Below, piece after piece: positions 53,761 through 64,000 of a stretch of 64,000 nucleotides of DNA (the stretch's first letter is position 1; each line of letters opens with the position of its first letter). The stretch spans positions 48,982,001 to 49,046,000 of the forward strand of contig NC_087447.1 of NCBI RefSeq assembly GCF_036321535.1, read 5' to 3'. A program made the translations under genes and the position numbers. The notes beneath the pieces are model-generated. The model was not told the origin of the DNA. It did no database searches and worked only from the letters and a program-made list of their open reading frames with translations. This DNA comes from Camelus dromedarius. Taxonomy: Eukaryota.

Positions 53761-54731
53761 TGGCTAAAGGGAGCATTCCAGTTCTCTAGAACTTGAATCT
53801 AGTGCAGTTTACAGTGTGAATGATGGTGTGGATTCTCCTTCCTAACATTACGGGAAGGGTGGTTTGGGGCCTAGGAGATCCAAGGTGGTGAGTCAGCGAC
53901 ATGCCCCTGCACATGGATCTGTCCAGATGCCTGAGTGAATGAGATGTAACTGACTTTGTAACTTGGTATGTGCAGGTGACTGTATGTAATTAATTGTGTA
54001 TGTGACTGTCTGAACTTGAATGTGTCTGGTATGACCACAGCTGGCTGTAACTATGTCACTGGCCACATGTGTGAGACTGGTTAAGTATGATGGTATGCAA
54101 ATACTTCTGTCCTAATAGTCTCACACTCAAAATGCAGCAGATACTACACCATGCTACACCTGTGGCTACAAGACTGTATTTCTATAATCACCTTAATTGC
54201 AACTTAGGCTGTGGGAGTCTGTGCCATGGTGAGGACTATTAATCATTGTGCCACTGCTTCCTGGACCCTGAGAGCTGCAGGCCTGCTCCCCAGATCTGAA
54301 TTGTAGGCACCTCCAGGAGAGTAGTCTTAGGAGCAAGCATTGCCCAGGTGACTACGTCAGACCCAGCATCCACCCCGAAATGCACACCTCTCCAGAATTC
54401 AGACCAGTGGACTTCTGATCCCCCTCTGCAGCAGGTGCTGACTACTGGGCACTCATAAGAATGGGACAACCCCATAGGCTGCCTTGGCCAGAACTAGTTT
54501 ACTTACCTCAGTCCAGGTTGACCTTGCAGAGTCCCAGGGTCTGTTTTAGAGCCATAGTCCACTGTATTTGCATACGGGACTTCAGCTTATGTCCTGATCA
54601 GAAGACCTTGGGAAATTCCATGTAAGTCATCCTCTCAACTTGTCCCAGCTTTGGCCATGGCCATCCGATGAGGAAATTCCCAACCCCCTCTCCTCCCTCA
54701 CCACATTTGCCCTCACAATGGAAAAAGCTGC

Positions 54732-54749
54732 CACACACACACACACACA

Positions 54750-54780
<31 letters not shown>

Positions 54781-54802
54781 TCTCTCTCTGTCTCTCTCTC
54801 TC
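54732..54802. repeat. Compound (CA)n(CT)n microsatellite
   Basis: Direct reading. Confidence 0.92.
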
Positions 54803-55043
54803 CCCCTTTATTGGCTGTGGGTGAGTTAACTTCTCTGAGCCTTAGATTTTGTGCTGCTTCTCTGTTTCAGCAACACTGTTTTCCATCCTGGCGCTTACCC
54901 CAGCTCTGCTAGACACGTGTGCCTCAGACAGGTTTCCCACAGGACTTCAGGGATGTGCATCAGCTGGGTTTCTTTCCCCAGTGCAACAACTTGGCCCAGG
55001 CTCCAAAAAGGAATGAGGGCTCCCTTGCTGTATGCACTCACTC

Positions 55044-55049
55044 TTTATT
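55044..55049 (-). promoter_or_regulatory. XRRA1: Candidate XRRA1 polyadenylation signal (AATAAA on the minus strand)
   Basis: First canonical AATAAA seen, ~190 nt after the stop. A second lies at 54807-54812. Confidence 0.6.
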
Positions 55050-55241
55050 GCTGTTGTGCCAGGTTTCTGCCTGGCCCGAGGAAGGGAGGTCCTGACGATC
55101 TCCCCATTCTCTGCCACCAGTGAGCGAGGCCCAGTAGAGCTCCGAGGCTCGCGCTTGTCCCAAGGAGCAGTCAAGGGCATGGAATCCCCGTGGAGGGTGT
55201 GGGGCGCAGGTTGGGTGGCGTACATGGCTGTGTGTGCAGCC

Positions 55242-55495
55242 CTAGCCTTTCGAGTCACTGGCCATAGGCTCCTGGCAGAACTCGTCCATGAACTCAAGGA
55301 AGCGGCCAAACTTAGGGTGGCCCTCACTCAGTGCAGGGTGGACCTGGGGCGGCTCTGTGGCTCTGAACACTGTCCGTAGCGAGCAATGCACCAGCCGTCG
55401 GTAGCGTGCACGAAACTCCTTCAGCAGCTTCTTGGCCTCCAGGTACTGCTTCTGGTTCACCAGCCGCTGCTCCTTCCGCTGGCGCAGGACAGCTC
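55242..55495 (-). CDS. XRRA1: XRRA1 terminal coding exon: GAVLRQRKEQRLVNQKQYLEAKKLL...FMDEFCQEPMASDSKG*
   Basis: cttctcttcctgcag| acceptor, phase 1. 254 nt to TAG. Matches the XRRA1 (X-ray radiation resistance-associated 1) C-terminus. Confidence 0.95.
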
Positions 55496-55892
55496 CTGCA
55501 GGAAGAGAAGCCAGGAGGGCCACCAAGGTTGCCCTGGGTCCACCTGACCCAAAGCAGCAGGGATTGGGTCCAGAGCCCCACAGAAAGTGGGATAGGGTAG
55601 GAAGAGGATGTTAAGGACCTGAAAATGGTCTCTCTGGCTTGGACATTAGAAAGCCAGAAGTATGCCCTTCTGATTCTCTCTCAAGCTGTAGTTCTAGACG
55701 GTAATATGCTGTGTGACTTTAGGCAACTCTCTGCCTTACTCAGGCCGCAGTTTTCTCCAACTGCACACAGGAAGGTCTGGGGCAGATACTCTCTAAGGGT
55801 CCTTCCTGCTCTGACACAAGTCCTTTGTCATACTAGCGGATGAGTAAACTTCTAGATCTGGGATCCTTGTAGCTGAGGACTGGTGGCCGTAC

Positions 55893-55998
55893 CTAGTGGC
55901 GCCTCTGTAATGTTCCGAGGGTCCCGCATGCGAATGAGGACATCATCTAGCAGCTGAGCTCGAGTCTTCCGTGGGGGTGGAATAGGGATCCTCTGGGT
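55893..55998 (-). CDS. XRRA1: XRRA1 penultimate coding exon: TQRIPIPPPRKTRAQLLDD...RDPRNITEAPL
   Basis: ccttctggcag| acceptor and TAG|gtacgg donor. 106 nt, phase 0-1. Confidence 0.94.
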
Positions 55999-56214
55999 CT
56001 GCCAGAAGGTAAGAGAGCAGAGTGTTATCCCAGTCTTATGCTCAGACTTCCATGGTCTCACCTCCTCACACAGTCACAGTGACATGCAGGGGAGAACCTG
56101 GGGGCACTGGGGAAAAGCATAGCTCTTTGAAGGTCCCAAAGTTACAGCAACAGCCACCCCTCTGTACCTGTGAGGATCCTGAGGCACCATTCACACACTC
56201 AGGTGGACGTTTAC

Positions 56215-56330
56215 CCGTTTCTCCTTGGGAACATAGTGTTTCTGAAGAGTGTCCAGCCTGGGCTTGCAGGAGTGGTGCAGGAGCGGGTGTTTCAGCATGT
56301 GCTGCAGGGCCTGTGCATTCTTCTGGATTC
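56215..56330 (-). CDS. XRRA1: XRRA1 internal coding exon: GIQKNAQALQHMLKHPLL...VPKEKR
   Basis: tttgccctag| acceptor and CGG|gtaaac donor. 116 nt, phase 1-0. Confidence 0.94.
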
Positions 56331-57073
56331 CTAGGGCAAAAAGACAAGGCTGAGTTGAGACATATCCCCCTCCTCCTGGATGCCTCTGCTAATTCTTCAT
56401 TCCCCATCTCATAGCAGCTCTGAGTAAAAGGATGAGAAGCCCCAAGAAAAAAAACAGTATTCCCATATTCTGCCCTCATCTGTTCAGTGCCATCATTCAT
56501 TCAGTGAATACTTGTTCCCTTTGTGCACAGATCCTAATGGAAAAATAGCACAGGAGTAGGGGAGGGGACTAACCCCCAGGTAACCCATTAACCTCGAGGG
56601 TTTACACTGCCAGGACTGACACCCAAGAGAGCACAGCTGGGCACAGTACAAACACTGTTGACACATCAGTCTGAAATAAGAGGTCAGAGAAGGTGCTGCC
56701 TCCTTTGTCTCAAACCAAATAGGGAGGATTTTGGTTGTTCAGTCTGGGGCCTAACTGGGCCGGGGAGGAGCTTTAGAATCTGACTACACTGGGTGTTTGT
56801 TCATCAGACCCTTCCAGAAGAGACTTTTCCCACCAAAGCAGCTGGACCCAAACTGGCTGGAATCTCTCAACTGCTGTGGCTCCCCAACAGGCCAGGGGCC
56901 CTGACGTGTAGGGTTCCAAACAAACCAGGATACCCTCAGGGACCCTTTGACAGATATTCTGTCAGAGGATACCACCTGGCTTGGAAAAGAAGCTTGGCTC
57001 CAGCTTTGGCTTTGCCCTGACTTTCTCTGAGCCACGGAGGGCCTGTCACTCTGGAACCATTCTCCTCACATAC

Positions 57074-57269
57074 CTTTTGGCTCAGGGAAGGCCGGATCAG
57101 GTTTGGCTGTCAGCAGCTCCTCATAGCCATGGTACTTGCTGGGGAGGGAGGCAGATGGGAGCTTCTTCTGAGTCCTCTTCACAACTCTGGGTACTGTGGG
57201 TGGTCTTTGGCCTTTCTCCTTTACTTCTGAGTCATCCTTCTGGAAGATGGAGGAAGACAGCCCACTCAC
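57074..57269 (-). CDS. XRRA1: XRRA1 internal coding exon: VSGLSSSIFQKDD...LPSKYHGYEELLTAKPDPAFPEPK
   Basis: ttcctgtacacag| acceptor and AAG|gtatgt donor. 196 nt, phase 0-1. Confidence 0.94.
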
Positions 57270-57389
57270 CTGTGTACAGGAAGAAAAAGAAAATTCATTC
57301 CATTAACACTTCTGAGTTCTGTGTGGGTCCCCATGCTGCATCCTTTTAAGGGCAAGAACCAAGACTGGAGTGAGAGGAAGCAGACATGA

Positions 57390-57890
57390 AAATAGATGAT
57401 GACCATACACCTTGATAAATGCTGCAACAGAAGGGAGCACAAGGGTTCTGGGTGAGCCCACAGAAAGCCCTTACCAGCCTGGGGGACCAGAAAGTTTATT
57501 GGAGGGATTGATGCCTTAACCTGAGCTAAGTCTTGAAGACCCAGGAGAGCCATTCCCAGGCAGGAGTTTGGCAGGGGCGGGGGGCTGCAAGTGATGAGAA
57601 AGGAGGACGAGGACTGCTGCTGGGAGGGAACAGCATAAGCAAAGATGCATAGGTCAGATGCAGCAAAGTGCATTTGGGGGAAATAAAAATTGGTGTGGTT
57701 GGAGGGTACTGTGAAGAAACAGGCAGCTGGAGCGATAAACAGGGCCCAGGTCAGTAAGGACATTTTAATGCCAGGCTGAGGGTGTTTGTTTTGGTTTTGT
57801 TGGTATTTTATCTTTGCTGTACTGGCAAGCTATTGAGGAGTTCCAAATGGATGAGTGAATACTGTCTGAATTCACTTTTTTAGCCTTACC
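57390..57890. mobile_element. L2 remnant
   Basis: ctgagctaagtcttgaag...cattcccaggcag...gaacagcataagcaaag...agggcccaggtcag. Confidence 0.6.
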
Positions 57891-57916
57891 CTGATGGTAC
57901 TATAAGAAACATCTTT

Positions 57917-58065
57917 GTGGGGAGGGTATAGCTCAAGTGGTAGAGTGCATACTTAGCATGCACGAAGTACTCGGTTCAATTCCCAGTACCTCCTCCAAAC
58001 ATAAATAAATAAACCTATTTATTTATCCACCCCCCAAAATAAATAAAAATTAAAAAGGATAAAAA
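57917..58065 (+). mobile_element. Complete tRNA-Ala-derived SINE (camelid vic-1-like) with TSD
   Basis: A box tagctcaagtgg, AGC anticodon remnant, B box ggttcaattcc, AT-rich tail. TSD ataagaaacatcttt at 57902-57916 and 58066-58080. Confidence 0.93.
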
Positions 58066-58124
58066 ATAAGAAACATCTTTATGAAACTGATAGGGATGTA
58101 GTTATACCCTTTATTTAGATTTAT

Positions 58125-60185
58125 AGCTACTAAAGAAATAGAAAATCTGGATAGACCTATAACAAGCAAAGAGACTGAATTAGTAATTTAAAACCTTCCC
58201 ACAAAGAAAAGTCAGGACCAAATGGCTTCAGCAGTGAATTCTACCAAACATTTAAAGAAGAACTATGAATCCTTCATAAACTCTTCCAAAAATAAGCGGA
58301 AGGGGGAACACGCCCAGCTTATGCTCTGAAGTCAGGATTACCCTGAACCCAAACTAGGGAAAGACATCACAAGAAAGGAAAACTACAGACCAACATCCCT
58401 ATGAATATAAACACAAAAATACCCCCAAATACTAGCAAACTGAATCAGCAACAGATGAAAAGCCATGACCAAGCGGAATTTATCCCAGGTGTAAAAGATT
58501 GGTTTAATATCTGGAAATCAATTAATGTAATACATCATATCAACAGATAAAGGGAAAAACACAAAACCTCAATAGACACAGGAAAAACATTTAGCAAAAT
58601 TTAACACTCCTGCTCTGTCTCCAGATCCCTTTCCAGTGTCTTCAAGGCTTCTGGACTCTGCGTGGAATAAAGATAGTCTCTTTGATAAGTGGTCCTGGGA
58701 AAAGTGGACGTGTAAAAGAATGAAATCAGAACACTCTTTGACACCATATACAAAAATAAAATAAAAATGGATTAAAGACCTAAATGGAAGACCAGATACT
58801 ACAAAACTCCTAGAGGAAAACACAGGCAGAACACTGACATAAATTGCAGCAGTTTTTTTTTTTTTTGGATCTGTCTCCTTAAGCAAAGGAAACAAAAGCA
58901 AAAATAAATTCATGGGCTCTAATTAAAACTTGAAAGCTTTTGTACACAAAGGAAACCATCAACAAAATGAAAAGACAACCTACTGAATGGGAGAAGATAT
59001 TTGCAAATAAGGGGTTAATATACAACATATTAAATAGCTCATACAATTCAACGTCAAAAAAACAAACAACCTGATTAAAAAGTAGGCAGAAGAACTGAAC
59101 ATTTTTCCAAAGAGGACATGCAGAAGGCCGATAGACACATGAAAAGATGCTCAATATCACAAATCATCAGGGACATGCAAATCAAATCCACAATGACATA
59201 TCACATCACACTATTCAGAATGGCTATCATCAGAAAGAACACAAATAACAAATGTTGGCGAAAAGGGTACCCTTGTACATCGTTGGTGAGAATGTAAATT
59301 GGTGCAGTGACTGTGGAAAACAGTATGGAGGTTTCTCAAAAAACTACAAACAGAATTACCATAACAATTATGTAAATTAAATAAATAAAATAAATTACAC
59401 AAATATAAATAGATTAAATAAATAAATATAAAAAGAACAGGACCTAACAATTCCTTTCCTGGAAAAAAAGACACCAATTCAAAAAGATACATGCACCCCA
59501 ATTCACAGCAGCATTAGTTACAACTGCCAAGGTATGGAAGCAATCTAAGTGTCCATCAATAGATGAATGGATAGAGATGTGGTATATATTCACAATGGAA
59601 TACTACCCAGCCATAAAAAAGAATGAAAATTTGCCATTTGCAGTAAAATGGATGGACTTGGAGAACATTATGCTAAATGAAATAAGTCAGACAGAGAAAG
59701 ACAAATACTGTATGATATTACTTATACGTGGAATCTAAAAAATACCAATAACTAGTAAACAAAACAAAACAGAAGCAGACTCACAGATATAGAGAACAAA
59801 CTAGTGGTAACCAGTGGGGAGAGAGATGGGGGGAGAAACAATATAGGGGTGGGGAGGGGAAAGGGTTTTTATGGGATTACATGAAATCATGTGTGTGACA
59901 CTTTTGAAAATTGTAAAACACTATAGAATTCAAAGAATCTTTTACTCAATAAAAAGTCAACTAAAAAAGAAAAAAAATCTAACACTCCTTCATGATAAAA
60001 AAACACTCCAGAAACTAGGAATAGAAAGAAATTTCCTCGACCTGATAAAGGACAGTTATGGAAAACCCACAACATCATAATTAATGGTGAAAGACTGCAC
60101 GTTTTTCCACTAAGATCAGGAGGAATAAGACAACATTTTATTGGAGGTTATAGCCTGGGCAATTAGGCAAGGGGGAAGAAAAAAA
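58125..60185 (+). mobile_element. Old LINE-1 ORF2 fragment interrupted by a younger 5'-truncated L1 (58612-59973)
   Basis: Host ORF2 motifs on both sides. TSD aaaat(t/c)taacactcct at 58596-58611 and 59974-59989. Confidence 0.88.
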
Positions 60186-61388
60186 CCTATTTTTTTTTTT
60201 TCATGGTGACTCCTAATTGACTGTTGCTTTGGCTGCTAGGAAACTCAAATGCATTTTGGCAGTACACTTCTATTATGAGAGTCGTGTATGATGTACATGG
60301 TTGAGTGACAGAATTACCCTTGCACTTATTTTCTTTTCTGTCCATATCTTCCTTTCATCCAACTCTCTCAATTATTTATTTTTTAATACTTGTTTGTTTA
60401 AACTCTGCTTTGTTCCAAAAAGATTCTGATATAGTTCATAAGATACTTTTTTTTTTACATAAGGATACTTTTATATTGTATGAATTTATATGTCACTATA
60501 AGTCATCTGGGGAGTAAGTAAGAGATGGGTGGACAGAGAGGTAGACAATTTATGGACGGATGTACATCTTGGAAAGATCTGGCAGACTGAAGGGGTAAGA
60601 CTGGAGGCAGGAAGATCAGGGAGGGTAGTGTTAAAATAATAAAGTTCAAGGGGGCCCCACCAACTCCTCCAGCCTTATATTTCCCTTATCCTACACATCA
60701 CCTTTCTACTGTTTTTACACTGAACCACTCATGGGCCCTATATATACCATTTTAATTTCTTTCCTCTGTACCTTGCTTCACACTGTGCGCTCTGCCCAGA
60801 ATGTCCTTGCTGCCCAGGTCTTCACCTTGTTAGCTCCTACTCAGACTGCAAAACTCAGCTCATTTGAATTGCTTCCAGGAAGCCCTTCTGGTCTAGGGCA
60901 AAGGCATCCCTCCTTCCTCTAGGCTCCCAGCCCCTAGGTTCTCCTCAGTCTCAGTACTGACAGCATGCACTGTTCCTGTCCATCTCCCCAATTAGACTGA
61001 AGACATCTTGAGGGCAGGACCCAGGTCTTATCCATCTGTGATCCCAGGATTCAGAGACAGCATCAGAAGTGAGGTGACCTTAAGTAGACAGGCAGAGGCA
61101 ACAGCAAATCCTTCTAAGAAACTGGTCAGAACCAATGCCCCAGCCAGACCCCAGACGTTGTCTGTGCCACAGAACCATGACTTGTCCCCATGGGTGTCCC
61201 TAACAGTAGCCTTGAATCAGTAGATCTCCCACAAGAGGCTATGGGCCTTGCCAAAGGTACTGCCCTCTGGTTTCCAGACCTGCCTGGTGCTCACTTCCAG
61301 CTGCCTGCAGCAATCTAGCCATCTAAGGGTGGTAGAGGAACCCAGGGAAACTGGGAACAAGTGGGCAGAGGCAGGTGGGTCCAGGCAC

Positions 61389-61724
61389 CTGGGTCAAGAA
61401 GATGGACTCGGTGCTCTTGGTGTCCTCGTCGTCTGGGCTGTGGCGGCCAGCAGGGTCGCTGAGGTGAGATGTCTCTTCACTATACACAGCAGAGTCAGAG
61501 CGGATGGGAGGCAGTGGCACAAAGGTCCGGTGGGACAGGGAAAGGCCCTCCAAGCCCTCCATGGGCATCTCTCGCGCCACAGAAATGGTTTTGGTGGTGG
61601 GCAGCTCCTCAGTCAGTGCGGCCTCTGACTGCAGCATCTCCTTTGAGGAAGACTTGATTGTGATCACGGGTGGGTGATGGACAATCAGAGGCTTCTTTGG
61701 CACCTTTGGGACTTGGGCTTTCAC
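61389..61724 (-). CDS. XRRA1: XRRA1 internal coding exon: VKAQVPKVPKKPL...TKSTESIFLTQ
   Basis: Minus-strand ctctcatgacag| acceptor and CAG|gtgcct donor. 336 nt, phase 0-0. FVPLPPI and ESIFLTQ motifs match XRRA1. Confidence 0.92.
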
Positions 61725-61859
61725 CTGTCATGAGAGAAGGGTTGATTAGATTGGTTTGCTTCTAATCAGAACCTTTCCTCCTGGACATCACCAGCCTAAG
61801 GCTACCTGCTGTATCAGTCAGAGCGCTAGGTAAGGACTCATAGTGGCAGAGAGGGGACA

Positions 61860-62040
61860 AAAATCACACTTATTGGGCGTCTATGATGTGCCCCATACTT
61901 GATATATGTTATTTTATTTACACCTCAAACTACCCAGTGAATAATTATGCTCACTTTAGAAATGAGGAAATGGGTTCAGAGAGGTAAAATGACTTGTCCA
62001 AGGTCAGTTATTCGGCGGCACAGCCTGGACTATCTGATTC
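61860..62040 (-). mobile_element. MIR SINE remnant (representative; similar remnants near 13660-13795, 19390-19560, 22770-22930, 27540-27720, 28820-29020, 46555-46660)
   Basis: cactttagaaatgaggaaatgggttcagagaggtaaaatgacttgtccaaggtca. Confidence 0.75.
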
Positions 62041-64000
62041 CTGTCCTGCGTTCCAGGCCTCATTCTGCATCCCTGACTGTATCACTCTGGCCTTCAGTAG
62101 CCTTATTCCTCTGATCAAGTTTCACATAGTGCCCTTGACTTTCCTCAGGGACTCTAACGAGGGCCTGGGGGAGATGGTCCCACATTCTCTGGAAGGCAGC
62201 AGCGCCAAGTCCCTTTCAGGGTGCTGGTCCCTGCACCTTATCTGGAGACCCATAAAGCAAATCTCTCTCAGGTTCAGGACCAAGGAATTAACTGCTTTCT
62301 TGTTGAACTGCTCAGCTTCCTTAATTAACGAAAGCCTGTCACCCTCCCTTCTCTTTGGCTCATCTATCAGGAGAGAGCCCTGTACCCAGTTTCTCTCTGT
62401 TGGGCTTAATTCTGCATCCCCTCCCTAGGTAGCTGGTAGACCTATTATTCTCTTGTCAAAGGTATTTGGTCCACTTATATCTGTACTTGGACAGACCGTG
62501 CAGTGCAGTAGAAAAATCTCAAGCACAACTCCATCTTTTGAGCTCGTGTAACAGGAGAATAGTTCCTGCCCACTGATCTTGCAGAGTTCTCCCAAGTGAG
62601 CTGGGGTGTGCAAATGTACCAAACAAACTAGGGAGAGTGAAGGATGACTGTTTTATAAAATAAGGTTCTTTTTAAGAAAATATTTCCTTTTTGAAATATA
62701 TAAAACCTCAGTGTTTAGACTTGAAGCCTGAAGGACCCAGAGTCTTTTTTCAGAACCCATGCCTCAACATCCAAAACACAAATTGCCATCATTTACTGGC
62801 TGGTGGGGAAGGGACCACATTTATTCTTCGCTCTCATGGGTCTGTGCTGGAGGAGTGCTGGGGGATGCTCTTTCTCTAGCCCATCCCCACTTTCCCAAGG
62901 GAAGACTCGATAATCTGACTGGTTAGAGGCCGAGAGTCACTGGGCCCTGCATCCCAGATGGGCTGGACTGCTGAGCATCAAGGGCAGGCTGTTTTATCTT
63001 CCGTTTGTGTTCTCACACACAGAGGCTCACACGGCTTCTTGGTTACACGCTGGGTGGGTCTAGACCTGCTCTGGCAGGCTCTCCAATTTCCCCCTGTTCT
63101 GTCCATGCCTGGTATGAGCGAGGGCCAGCAGCCTTGGTTGATATAACTGATTGAGTAAAAGGCTGTAAATCCAGCCCACCTCTGGGAGCACACAGGGGAC
63201 ATGCAGGCATCTCCAACCTGCCTACAGGCCACACCACATTCTCCAGTCTAGCCTGCATTGGAGGTTAGATGCTGGTTGCCTAGATTTACAAAGCATTGAT
63301 TTGCTTCTCATTTGGCCACTGGTGTTTGTGTTTATCACAAAGGTGGTTTGTGATAGCCACCTTTGTGGTTCCCCTGAACCCCAACACTACCCTTTAACAA
63401 GTTATTTCACTTCGCTTGGTGTGTTTCCTGTTCTGTGGTGAGGATTACAGGATGGCGTGTGTGCAAGTTCTTGGCATGGGTGCTCTGTACATGGAGTGAG
63501 CATCTGGCTCACTCTGGTTCTGCCCCTCCCCAGCTGGCTGATGGGAAGGGATGCAGCAGGATCCTTAGAGGAGGCAACAAAAGGAAAGATGATAGAAACC
63601 CTTTGAATTTGTCTATTTCTGGTTTTAAATGCTGCTCTGGTCATCTGAAGGCTCCAGACTGGAGGGTGGCTGTACAGAGGGGGCAGTCAGGGGATAACTG
63701 TATTTAACTTTTGGGGTCAGCAATGACCAGTCCAGCTTTTGGCTATAGGAAAAGACTAAAGTTCAGGAGGGAGGAGCATTTCAGAAATTTCTGAAATCTT
63801 TCAGAGGAAAGGGGATCTGATTTACTTTATGGCACCCCAGAAGGCAAGACTAAGACCACTAGCTGGGGGAGGTACAGAGGGAGCAAACTGCTCTCAACAT
63901 TAGGAAATGCTTCCTAAGATTCAGGCAGAAGATGTGTATTCTAGGCCTGGCACAGCCATTCATGATTACCATAGGTGACCATAACTTGCACTGGTAGGGG

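Noticed and set aside
57919..57995. tRNA-Ala gene (also 29510-29585 and 34692-34767)
   Set aside because: Degenerate stems and SINE-type AT-rich tails (plus a TSD at this copy) show these are SINE copies.
1..64000. CRISPR array, prokaryotic defence or operon-type system
   Set aside because: The window is intron-exon mammalian DNA with no repeat-spacer arrays or dense ORF clusters.

Overview
Mammalian genomic DNA, most likely camelid (alpaca/llama/camel), judged by three tRNA-Ala-derived vic-1-type SINEs. It holds the 3' halves of two convergent genes. RNF169 (+) has four coding exons at 14358-14504, 19826-19944, 43396-43495 and 43938-45119, then a probable ~5.6 kb 3' UTR. XRRA1 (-) has its last five coding exons between 61724 and 55242. 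All splice sites and phases join correctly. The introns are dominated by LINE-1 copies of several ages, plus L2/MIR/L3 remnants, an ERV solo LTR and MER DNA transposons. I see no prokaryotic-type system, CRISPR array or true tRNA gene. The most unusual observations are: (1) two independently inserted, inverted L1s 40 kb apart share a ~390 bp identical patch, suggesting ectopic gene conversion, and they flank RNF169 exons 3-4; (2) an L1 ends in ~290 bp of foreign polyadenylated sequence inside its TSDs; (3) a 3 kb L1 has 5'UTR+ORF1 joined directly to the ORF2 tail at a splice-like junction; (4) a chain of candidate minus-strand exons lies between XRRA1 and the RNF169 3' end, next to an NF-kB/octamer motif cluster. 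Exon numbering and comparisons with human are from memory. Old-repeat boundaries are approximate.
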